From contig CALYTB010000001.1 in the NCBI GenBank assembly GCA_945486035.1, forward strand, positions 1,846 to 65,845: a DNA stretch of 64,000 nt, in the 5' to 3' direction. Source of the stretch: an uncultured Clostridia bacterium (GTDB lineage: Bacteria > Bacillota > Clostridia > Oscillospirales > Oscillospiraceae). The position numbers and the translations under genes are program-made. The notes under the pieces were generated by a model. The model made no database searches, was not told where the DNA came from, and saw only the letters and a list, made by a program, of their open reading frames with translations. How positions within the stretch are numbered: the stretch's first letter is position 1; every line of letters starts with the position of its first letter. Of this stretch, positions 45,345-53,502 are shown in pieces.

Positions 45345-47168
45345 ATGTGCGCAATCGCGGGAGCAGTGGGACTGAGGGTGGACGAAGCCGCCGAAAAGAA
45401 GATGCTCTCTACCATGGTTCGCAGAGGACCGGACGCTCAGGGGGTATTCCGGCAGGGAGCGTGTACGCTGCTCCACAGACGGCTTGCGGTGATCGACCCG
45501 GAGGGCGGCGCCCAGCCTATGGGTCTTTGCTGGGCGGGGGAAGAATATACCCTGGTTTACAACGGGGAGCTGTATAACACCGATTCCCTGCGCCGGGAGC
45601 TGGAGAGCCTGGGACACCGCTTCCTGGGTCATTCGGATACCGAGGTGGTGCTCCATGCCTACGCTGAATTCGGGGAAAAGTGTCTGGAGCGGTTCAATGG
45701 AATCTTCGCCTTTGCCGTCTGGGAAAAGGCTGCGGAAAGACTGTTTCTTGCCAGGGACCGGATTGGGGTGAAGCCGCTGTTCTACAGGATTCATGAAGGA
45801 GGACTTCTATTTGCTTCCGAACTGAAAACAATTCTGGCATACCCCGGGGTTCCTGCGGAGCTGGACGAAACCGGCGCAGCCCAGCTGATTCTGATGGGGC
45901 CGGGGAGAATTCCCGGGAGCGGTGTGTTCCGGGGGATGCAGGAGCTGGAAAGCGGATGCTGTGCCCGGTATGCGGGTGGCAGGCTTTCCTGCCGCCGGTA
46001 CTGGAAGCTGAAGGATCGGGAACACCGGGAGTCCTTTGCGGAAACCGCCCAGCGTGTGCGGGAATTGGTGACGGATGCCATCCGGAGGCAGATGGTTTCC
46101 GATGTCCCCATCGGGACCTTTCTGTCCGGAGGGTTGGATTCCAGCATCATCAGCGCCATCTGCGCCGGAGAGATGGAAAAGGAGGAGCAGCGGCTACGAA
46201 CCTTCAGCGTGGATTACCGGGACAACGACCGGTATTTCCAGCCGGGGAAATTTCAGCCAAATTCCGACGGACACTTCATTCGGGTGATGGAAGGGGCTTT
46301 GAATTCCAGACACAACTGGACGGTGCTTTCCCCGGAGGACCTGGCGGACTGCCTGGAGGAGGCGACCGTTGCACGGGATCTTCCGGGTATGGCGGATGTG
46401 GATTTTTCCTTGTTGGCGTTCTGCCGGGAGATTCGGAAGAACGTGACTGTCGCGCTGTCCGGGGAGTGCGCGGATGAGATTTTCGGAGGGTATCCCTGGT
46501 ACCGGGACCCGGAGGTGCGGTCACTGGAAGGCTTCCCCTGGGCCCAGAATACACGCACCCGGACCTCCCTGCTGGGGAAGGGAATCCGCAGCAGGTTGAA
46601 TCCGGAGGAATTTGTGATGGAGGCCTACCGAAAAACCTGCCGGGAAAGCGATGTGCTCCCCGGAACCTCTCCCCAGGAGCGGAGGATGAAGGAAATGGTA
46701 AACCTGAACTTCGCCTGGTTTATGCAGACACTGCTGGACCGGAAGGACCGGATGAGTATGTACTGCTCCCTGGAGGTGCGGGTGCCCTTCTGCGACTACC
46801 GGATTGCGGAATACCTTTATGGCGTGCCCTGGGAATATAAGGACTACCGGGGCCAGGAGAAGGGCCTGCTGCGCTATGCCATGCGGGGCCTTCTGCCGGA
46901 GGAGGTCCTCTACCGGAAGAAGAGCCCCTATCCCAAGACTTTTGACCCGGAGTATGAGCGTATTATGGAGGGTCGGCTGCGCCGGGTGCTGGAGCCGGGG
47001 GATTCCCCTTTGGAGGGCTTGGTGGATCGGGGCGCTTTGGAGGCCTTGCTGGAGCAGGAGAGTCCCTGGCCCTGGTACGGGCAGCTGATGCGCCGTCCGC
47101 AGATTATGGCATATTTTTTGCAGCTGGATTTCTGGCTGCGGCATTATGGGGTTCGGTTGGTGTTTTAG
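45345..47168 (+). CDS. asnB: Glutamine-hydrolysing asparagine synthetase (AsnB/AsnO type)
   Basis: M-C-AIAG N-terminal nucleophile, RRGPD, YNGELYN, SDTEV, LSGGLDSS, SGECADE; sigmaE-like CATAGGAT at 45311. Confidence 0.93.
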   Translation: MCAIAGAVGLRVDEAAEKKMLSTMVRRGPDAQGVFRQGACTLLHRRLAVIDPEGGAQPMGLCWAGEEYTLVYNGELYNTDSLRRELESLGHRFLGHSDTEVVLHAYAEFGEKCLERFNGIFAFAVWEKAAERLFLARDRIGVKPLFYRIHEGGLLFASELKTILAYPGVPAELDETGAAQLILMGPGRIPGSGVFRGMQELESGCCARYAGGRLSCRRYWKLKDREHRESFAETAQRVRELVTDAIRRQMVSDVPIGTFLSGGLDSSIISAICAGEMEKEEQRLRTFSVDYRDNDRYFQPGKFQPNSDGHFIRVMEGALNSRHNWTVLSPEDLADCLEEATVARDLPGMADVDFSLLAFCREIRKNVTVALSGECADEIFGGYPWYRDPEVRSLEGFPWAQNTRTRTSLLGKGIRSRLNPEEFVMEAYRKTCRESDVLPGTSPQERRMKEMVNLNFAWFMQTLLDRKDRMSMYCSLEVRVPFCDYRIAEYLYGVPWEYKDYRGQEKGLLRYAMRGLLPEEVLYRKKSPYPKTFDPEYERIMEGRLRRVLEPGDSPLEGLVDRGALEALLEQESPWPWYGQLMRRPQIMAYFLQLDFWLRHYGVRLVF

Positions 47169-47178
47169 CGCCTATTTC

Positions 47179-47207
47179 TTGACGAAGATGAAAAAACATG
47201 GTAAAAT
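47179..47207 (+). promoter_or_regulatory. sigmaA promoter upstream of pyk
   Basis: TTGACG-17 bp-TAAAAT with extended TG. Confidence 0.65.
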
Positions 47208-47236
47208 GCAAAAGAAAAAGGATGCGTTGGCAAGGT

Positions 47237-47470
47237 AAATTGTTGTTTACAGTTTTCAAGCGCACTTCGTCCTTACTGTAGGGGAGCCATTCATGGCTCC
47301 CGTAGAGCAGTACGTTTTTGCCGAAGTGCGGAGCAATATCGGAAGATTTCACTGCCGGGAGCCATGAATGGCTCCCCTACAGTAGGATTTAGGCGTTTTA
47401 ATCATTCTGAAATGATAGCAAAATTGTCAACTGTCAATTGTTATTTGGCGAAGCAGCTAAACAACAATTT
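47237..47470. repeat. IR-bounded palindromic element, copy 8 (family B plus short heptamer array)
   Basis: Perfect 12-bp terminal IR; GTAG REP doublet; AATTGTC-AACTGTC-AATTGTT. Confidence 0.9.
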
Positions 47471-47535
47471 TCTGCGCAGCTGCTTCGCCTGATTTCAAAC
47501 AGGCCCGGAAACCGGGCGGGAATAGGAGAACCATT

Positions 47536-48948
47536 ATGCGAAAGACAAAGATTATCTGCACAATTGGACCGGCCAGTGCCAATGAGGAGACACTAACCCA
47601 GATGTGCCTGGCCGGGATGAATGTGGCCCGGATGAATTTCTCCCACGGCACCCATGCCGAACAGAAGGAGAAGATGGATCTGGTGAAGAAGGTCCGGGAA
47701 AAGCTGAATCTTCCCATTGCCATCATGCTGGATACCAAGGGCCCGGAGTATCGGATCCGCACCTTCCGGGGTGGAAAGGCGGAGGTAGTGGAGGGCCAGA
47801 CCTTCACCTTCACCACCGAGGAAATCCAGGGAGACAGTACAAAGGTTTCCGTGAACTACGCGGGGCTCATCCGGGATCTTTCCGTGGGGGACCGGATTCT
47901 GGTTAACAACGGCCTGGTGGTGTTTGAGGTGGAGAAGCTGGAGGGCTCCGAGGCCATCTGCCGTACCGTCGTTGGCGGAACCCTCAGTGACCGCAAGAGC
48001 ATGAGCTTCCCCAACAAGGTGATGTCCGGCCCCTTCCTGTCGGAGCAGGACAAGGCGGATCTGCTGTTCGGAATCGAAAATGATGTTGACTTTGTAGCCG
48101 CGTCCTTTGTTTCCACCAAGGATGATGCGGTGGCCCTGCGGGAGTTCCTGAATGCCCACGGGGGAGAAAGTATTGACATCATTGCCAAAATTGAGAACCG
48201 CTCCGGCGTGGATAACATCGAGCAGATTTGCGAGGCCTGTGAGGGCATTATGATTGCCCGTGGTGATTTAGGAGTGGAGATTCCCTTCGTGGAGGTTCCC
48301 GCCATTCAGAAGCTGCTGATCAACAAATGCCGGATGCTGGGCAAGCGGGTGATTACCGCCACGGAAATGCTGGAATCCATGATCTACAATCCCCGTCCCA
48401 CCCGGGCGGAGATCTCCGATGTTGCCAACGCGGTGTATGACGGCAGCAGCGCGGTCATGCTCTCCGGTGAGTCTGCCGCGGGGAAGTACCCGGTGGAGGC
48501 CGTGCGGAACATGGCTCAGATCTGCGAATACACGGAGAAGCACACCAGCTACCGCAAGCGATTCTACAACGGGGAGTTCCGAATCCGGGACAATCTGGAT
48601 GCCATCTCCCATGCCACCTGCGCCATGGCCATCGATGTGGATGCCAAGGCCATTGTGGTATGCTCCGTTTCCGGGAAAACCGCCCGTTTGGTCAGCCGGT
48701 TCCGCTGCCCGGTGGACATTATCGGCATGACCACGGACCCCAAGGTCTGGCGGAAGCTGTCCCTGAGCTGGGGCGTGACACCGTCACTGAGCGAAGCGTT
48801 CACCAGTATGGATGTGATGTTCCATTATGCCCGCAACAGCGCAAAGCAGATTCTGAATCTGAGCTGTGGGGATAACGTGGTTCTCACCGGCGGCCCCATC
48901 AATGGCCGGAGCGGAAATACGAATACCATCAAGGTCGAGCAAATCTAA
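47536..48948 (+). CDS. pyk: Pyruvate kinase
   Basis: RKTKIICTIGPAS, RMNFSHG, DTKGPE, IIAKIEN, ARGDLGVE, MLSGESA; terminator at 48947-48991. Confidence 0.97.
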   Translation: MRKTKIICTIGPASANEETLTQMCLAGMNVARMNFSHGTHAEQKEKMDLVKKVREKLNLPIAIMLDTKGPEYRIRTFRGGKAEVVEGQTFTFTTEEIQGDSTKVSVNYAGLIRDLSVGDRILVNNGLVVFEVEKLEGSEAICRTVVGGTLSDRKSMSFPNKVMSGPFLSEQDKADLLFGIENDVDFVAASFVSTKDDAVALREFLNAHGGESIDIIAKIENRSGVDNIEQICEACEGIMIARGDLGVEIPFVEVPAIQKLLINKCRMLGKRVITATEMLESMIYNPRPTRAEISDVANAVYDGSSAVMLSGESAAGKYPVEAVRNMAQICEYTEKHTSYRKRFYNGEFRIRDNLDAISHATCAMAIDVDAKAIVVCSVSGKTARLVSRFRCPVDIIGMTTDPKVWRKLSLSWGVTPSLSEAFTSMDVMFHYARNSAKQILNLSCGDNVVLTGGPINGRSGNTNTIKVEQI

Positions 48949-49106
48949 GATCATGCCTCTCCGGGAATTTCCCGGGGAGGCATGATCTTTTGCACCAAAC
49001 CGGAGCCTCAAATTTTGGCGTTTCCTACACATGCATTTTTCGGCAAAATGTGATATTATATCTGGGATAGGGGGATGTTCGCCGGACTTTTTTGGAGGAA
49101 TATGTG

Positions 49107-49610
49107 ATGTATCAGGTTGGGGATCGCCTTGTATACGGCGTACACGGTGTTTGTCAGGTTGCCCGGGAGGAGCAGCGCCGGGTGGATGGAAAAGAGCTGA
49201 CGTATCTTGCTCTGGAGCCGGTGGGTCAGCGGGGGACATGCTACCTGGTTCCGACCCAGAATCCCAGCGCGATGCGCAGGCTGCGGCCGCTTCAGGACCG
49301 GGATGCCATGGAGCAAATGCTGCTTTTGGGTCCTACGCTGCCGGATGCCTGGATTCCGGAGGAGCCTGTCCGAAAGCAGCGCTACCGTGAATTCATTGCC
49401 GGGGCGGAAGGGGAGAATCTGGTTCGGATGATCTGCGCTTTGTACCGTCATCGGGAGCGGCAGCGGGCAGCCGGAAAGAAATGTCATGTCAGCGATGAGA
49501 ATTTCCTCCGGGACGCGGAGAAGCTGCTCTCCGGCGAGGTTGCCGCGGTGATGGACCTGGGAGAAGACCAGGCCAGGAGCCTGATTCGGGAAAGACTGTG
49601 GATTCACTAA
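49107..49610 (+). CDS. CarD/CdnL family transcriptional regulator
   Basis: YQVGDRLVYGVHGVCQV N-terminal domain; GGAGG RBS. Confidence 0.85.
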   Translation: MYQVGDRLVYGVHGVCQVAREEQRRVDGKELTYLALEPVGQRGTCYLVPTQNPSAMRRLRPLQDRDAMEQMLLLGPTLPDAWIPEEPVRKQRYREFIAGAEGENLVRMICALYRHRERQRAAGKKCHVSDENFLRDAEKLLSGEVAAVMDLGEDQARSLIRERLWIH

Positions 49611-49771
49611 GGCAACACCGCTTAGGTGGGGACTGCGGGCTTCGGCGGATCTTTTGCCCCAATCGCGCAGTACGAAAAATGGGAAATACATCCAGTATTC
49701 CCGCATTTTTCATACTTTCGCTTGTGTCAAAACACTGGCCGAATCTCCTTGCCCCATTATGCGGTGCTGCC
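49611..49771. mobile_element. 161-bp MITE, IS5-like, with CTAA target duplication
   Basis: TIR GGCAACACCGC / GCGGTGCTGCC flanked by CTAA on both sides (49607-49610, 49772-49775); internal hairpin 49669-49716. Confidence 0.7.
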
Positions 49772-49826
49772 CTAAAGAAAACAACGCCCCAAAGGGGCGT
49801 TGAAGGATTATGCGGGAGTATGCCGG

Positions 49827-50468
49827 TTATACCGACTGAAGAATGCGCAGAAGCGCATCCATTGTCGGAGCGATGGCGGCGGCTCCCGCCTTTATCATTT
49901 CCTCGGGACTGCCGTACCCCCAGGTCACACCGACCGCGGGAATTGCATGAGCAGCGGCTCCAAGAATGTCGAATACGGTATCGCCAACCATGATCATTTC
50001 CTCGTCCTTGCCATACTGCTCCAGAAGATAGGCAATCACCGCATCCTTGCTGCTGCGGGAGCGGTCCAGGGATGCACCGCAGATGTGGTCGAAATACTTT
50101 GCCAGGTCAAAGTGCTCCAGAATCTCCACGGACATATTCTCCGGTTTGGAGGTGGCGACGTAAAGCCGGTGACCCTGCGCGCGGAGCTTTTCCAACAGTT
50201 CCCGGATACCGGGGTAGGGGGTATTCTCAAATTTCCCGATGGGGATATAACGGCTCCGGTAAATACGGATGGCTTCGTCCACCTGCTCCTCGGGAACGCC
50301 GAATTTCAGAAAGGTATCTTGCAGTGGAGGGCCAACAAAGACCCGCAGGGAGTCCCGATCCGGGACATGGATTCCAAAGTGCTCCAGAGCCAACTGGGCG
50401 CAGTTCATGATGCCCTCGCCGGAATCGGTGAGGGTCCCGTCCAAATCAAAAAGAATGCTCTTTGGCAT
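49827..50468 (-). CDS. HAD family phosphatase (phosphoglycolate phosphatase/5'-nucleotidase-like)
   Basis: ILFDLDGTLTDS, FVGPPL, ATSKP, MVGD, TWGYG. Confidence 0.9.
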   Translation of the reverse strand: MPKSILFDLDGTLTDSGEGIMNCAQLALEHFGIHVPDRDSLRVFVGPPLQDTFLKFGVPEEQVDEAIRIYRSRYIPIGKFENTPYPGIRELLEKLRAQGHRLYVATSKPENMSVEILEHFDLAKYFDHICGASLDRSRSSKDAVIAYLLEQYGKDEEMIMVGDTVFDILGAAAHAIPAVGVTWGYGSPEEMIKAGAAAIAPTMDALLRILQSV

Positions 50469-50484
50469 GCATGTTCCTCCTTCT

Positions 50485-51321
50485 TTATCCAAAGCGGCGG
50501 GCATAGCCGCAGCGCCGGCAGAGTGGTTCCACGGCTTCCCAGCGGGAGAAGCCATGGTAAATTGTCTGTGCCCGGGGGCCTTCCAGGATTTGCTCCATGG
50601 ACTGGGTAAAAAGGCTGCCAAGGGACAGATCCCCTTCATGATCCAGGCAGCAGGGGACCATGGTGCCGTCGCAGAGGACACCCAGCTGATCCCGCAGACC
50701 GTAGCAGAACATTCGCCCATCTCCTTCCGGGGCGGAGAGGTCGGGCCAGTCAAATCGATCTCCCATTTCCAGAAAGACCCGGTCTCCAATGGCGGTGCCG
50801 CGCCGGCCGGGAATCCAGGGGGCAGGGAATGCCTCCTCCAGGGCGGAAAGAATGGCGCTGTTTTGCCGGTCCAGTCCGCCCTGATTCCATAGACGATAGA
50901 CCACCAGCATTTTTCCCTGGACGGCCTGACCAAAGGCGATACAGCTTTTCAGATAGGATTCAAAGGAAAGCGGTGCTTCGTTGGCCTCAAAGGAGTGAAG
51001 GGAGATGTTGATTTTGTGGAGGGCCGGCTGGGAGAGGAGCTGTGCGCTTTTTTTCTCCAGGAGGGAGCCGTTGGTAGTGAGGATTACCCGAAAGCCTGAC
51101 TCCCCGGCCAGCGCAAGAAACCTGTCCAGATTCGGGTGGCAGAGGGGCTCTCCCATCAGGTGAAAGTAGAGGTAATCTGTCCAGGGGCGGAGTTTGGGAA
51201 GAAGTGCCGAAAATTCCGCCTCCGTCATGGCCCGAAGGGGGCGCTGCGTGCCGGGACAAAAGGAACATCGGAAATTGCAGAGATTTGATATCTCAACATA
51301 GATTTTTTGAAACCGCTTCAT
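50485..51321 (-). CDS. Radical SAM protein with SPASM/Twitch domain
   Basis: CNFRCSFC, MGEPL, TTNG, DGTMVPCC...CRRC. Confidence 0.88.
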   Translation of the reverse strand: MKRFQKIYVEISNLCNFRCSFCPGTQRPLRAMTEAEFSALLPKLRPWTDYLYFHLMGEPLCHPNLDRFLALAGESGFRVILTTNGSLLEKKSAQLLSQPALHKINISLHSFEANEAPLSFESYLKSCIAFGQAVQGKMLVVYRLWNQGGLDRQNSAILSALEEAFPAPWIPGRRGTAIGDRVFLEMGDRFDWPDLSAPEGDGRMFCYGLRDQLGVLCDGTMVPCCLDHEGDLSLGSLFTQSMEQILEGPRAQTIYHGFSRWEAVEPLCRRCGYARRFG

Positions 51322-51442
51322 TCTGTACTCCTGTGGCTGCTTTTGCTGTCTATAGTATTCGGTTTTTGGGGAAAAGTCAATCCTTTCGTCACAGCTCTTT
51401 ATCCAGGAGAATTTGAGGAATGTCTGGGATGGTTCTTGTGAT

Positions 51443-51674
51443 AAATTGTTGTTTATAAAGATATGCTGTCATTGCGAGCCAGTTCGCAAACTGGCGTGGC
51501 AATCCCCCGGTTAGAGAGGAAATGTATCGACAATTGCCCTACAGGACGGGGAAACGTTACCTTTTTTGGTGGTAATCGTAACCTGATTCCATTCAACCGG
51601 GGGATTGCCACACCAGTGTGCGCACTGGTTCGCAATGACAGGAAATTTGAAACGCGTAGTATAAAAAACAATTT
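51443..51674. repeat. IR-bounded palindromic element, copy 9 (family A)
   Basis: AAATTGTTGTTT...AAAAAACAATTT; TGTCATTGCGA doublet. Confidence 0.9.
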
Positions 51675-51745
51675 AGACGGCAATGCTCAGGCTGAAATAT
51701 TGTTTTGAATTATCATTTCTTTCCCGGGATCGGAGTATACTTGCC

Positions 51746-51774
51746 TTGACGAAAAGGGTGTGCGGTTTTATAAT
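51746..51774 (+). promoter_or_regulatory. sigmaA promoter of the traX-like gene
   Basis: TTGACG-17 bp-TATAAT. Confidence 0.7.
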
Positions 51775-51803
51775 AACGGCAGCAAACCTGAAAGGAGCGG
51801 GAA

Positions 51804-52538
51804 ATGGATATCAGAGCAATACGGGAAGGGGTATTCAGCTCCAATTCCCTGAAAATGATTGGCGCGGCGGCAATGCTTGTGGATCATGTGGGACTGATGT
51901 TTTTCCCGGAGATCACGCTGCTGAGAATCCTGGGAAGGCTGGCCTATCCCATTTTCGCCTTCATGATTGCCGAAGGGTGCGCCCACACCGGGAACCGGGT
52001 ACGGTATTTCCTGCGGGTGTTTGTTCTCGCGGCGGTGTGCCAGATTGTGTATTTTCTGGTGGATGGGAGTGCCTATTTCAGCATCCTCGTCACCTTCTGC
52101 TGCGGAATCGGTATGGTTTACGCGCTTCAGGATATGAAGCGGGAGCTGTTTGCCGGGGAACGGCCCGGGTATCTGGGTGCGGTGGAATTTGCGCTGACGG
52201 TTGTGCTGGTGTGGCTGCTGAACCGGAGGCTTACCATTGACTATGGCTTCTGGGGGTGTATGGTGCCGGTATTCGCAAGCCTGTTCCAGGGGCTGGAAGG
52301 GGCTCCTGATGCCCTGCGCGCTCTGGATCGGAAAGAGGTGCATGTGGGGATGACCGGCATCGGCCTTGTGATGCTTTCCTGGGATTTGGGAGGTATCCAA
52401 TGGTGGAGCCTGTTGGCGCTTGTGCTGCTGATGCTCTACTCGGGCAAACGGGGTAAATGGAGGATGAAGTATTTCTTCTACATTTTTTACCCCGCACATT
52501 TGGCGATTCTCCAGGGCATTGCGTGGCTGTGCGCGTAA
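51804..52538 (+). CDS. TraX-family membrane acyltransferase-like protein
   Basis: LKMIGAAAMLVDH, GRLAYPIF, EG..HT, DYG, YSGKRG, KYFFYIFYPAHL. Confidence 0.85.
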   Translation: MDIRAIREGVFSSNSLKMIGAAAMLVDHVGLMFFPEITLLRILGRLAYPIFAFMIAEGCAHTGNRVRYFLRVFVLAAVCQIVYFLVDGSAYFSILVTFCCGIGMVYALQDMKRELFAGERPGYLGAVEFALTVVLVWLLNRRLTIDYGFWGCMVPVFASLFQGLEGAPDALRALDRKEVHVGMTGIGLVMLSWDLGGIQWWSLLALVLLMLYSGKRGKWRMKYFFYIFYPAHLAILQGIAWLCA

Positions 52539-52580
52539 AAAAGCATCCGTATACGGCTGATCCGTATACGGATGTTTTCC
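52537..52580. terminator. Bidirectional terminator
   Basis: AAAAGCATCCGTATACGG / CCGTATACGGATGTTTT between convergent genes. Confidence 0.75.
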
Positions 52581-52581
52581 T

Positions 52582-53025
52582 TTATTGGAAGGTTTTAAAG
52601 AATTTCGCCAGGGGCTCAATGACGGTGGACAGATCCTTAATAGCTTTGTTCAGGGCGTCAAAGTCAATATCGTTGATCTTCTCCAGAGTGTCTGCGACCC
52701 CATCCTGACTGGTGGAAACCAGTGTGTCCACATTGGCAACCAGGGAATCCACATTGGTCAGAAGGGACTGCATCTGCTGGGCCAGAGAGGTTACGTCCAT
52801 GCCTGCCAGTTCCCGTGTGGTGACTTCCAGATTGCCCAAGATGTCTTCTGCCTGGGTTACCATAGCCTCAACCCGGGGCAGCGCGGTAAAGACCAGTACC
52901 ACCACAATCACACAGCATACCAGGCTGATAAGGCTGAAAAGACACTGCAGCCGGGTGTATTTCAGCTGCTGACGGCTATACTCCTCCAGGGCGGTAAGCT
53001 GTTTTTCCAATTCCTGATTTTCCAT
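52582..53025 (-). CDS. Single-TM coiled-coil hypothetical protein
   Basis: AGGAGG RBS; one hydrophobic helix then heptad-like NVDSLVANVDTLV repeats; TTGCAA-17-TATACT promoter at 53162-53190. Confidence 0.7.
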   Translation of the reverse strand: MENQELEKQLTALEEYSRQQLKYTRLQCLFSLISLVCCVIVVVLVFTALPRVEAMVTQAEDILGNLEVTTRELAGMDVTSLAQQMQSLLTNVDSLVANVDTLVSTSQDGVADTLEKINDIDFDALNKAIKDLSTVIEPLAKFFKTFQ

Positions 53026-53273
53026 GTTGCAACCTCCTAACAATCCAATAAAACAAATCATGCTGTCGCGCTGCTCGGGGAAGGATCATTTCCCTATCCC
53101 GTGGAGTTGTGCTCCATTGGGGATTGCGTGTATGCTCTGTGCCGGCAGAATACTATCTTTCAGTATATTCTATTTTCAGACAGATTGCAAGCGTTGGTTT
53201 GGGTCCGGTGCAGAAAGCCGGTTGGGGGATAGGCCACGGTTACGCACGGAATCGCTTATACAGGAAGGGCGGT

Positions 53274-53470
53274 AAATTGTTGTTTAGCGCTCCGAAAAAC
53301 GCTGTCATTGCGAGGAGCGCAGCGACGTGGCAATCCCCCGGTTCTTCCGAGAAGTTCGTAAAACGGGGGTTCCGTCTACGGTAGCGGTCTGAAAAGTTGG
53401 GGGATTGCCACGACCAGTCTGCGGACTGGTCTCGCAATGACAGCTCTATTTATGTTGTAAACAACAATTC
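53274..53470. repeat. IR-bounded palindromic element, copy 10 (family A variant, different spacer)
   Basis: AAATTGTTGTTT...AAACAACAATTC; TGTCATTGCGAGGAGCGCAGCGACGTGGCAATC ... GATTGCCAC...TCGCAATGACA. Confidence 0.88.
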
Positions 53471-53502
53471 ATCTGTTTTTGGAGGAAAAAGTACAATGGG
53501 GC

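Noticed and set aside
51804-52538. TraX-like gene as evidence of a conjugative element
   Set aside because: No other tra, relaxase or integrase genes; it has its own sigmaA promoter, and TraX homologs often stand alone on chromosomes.
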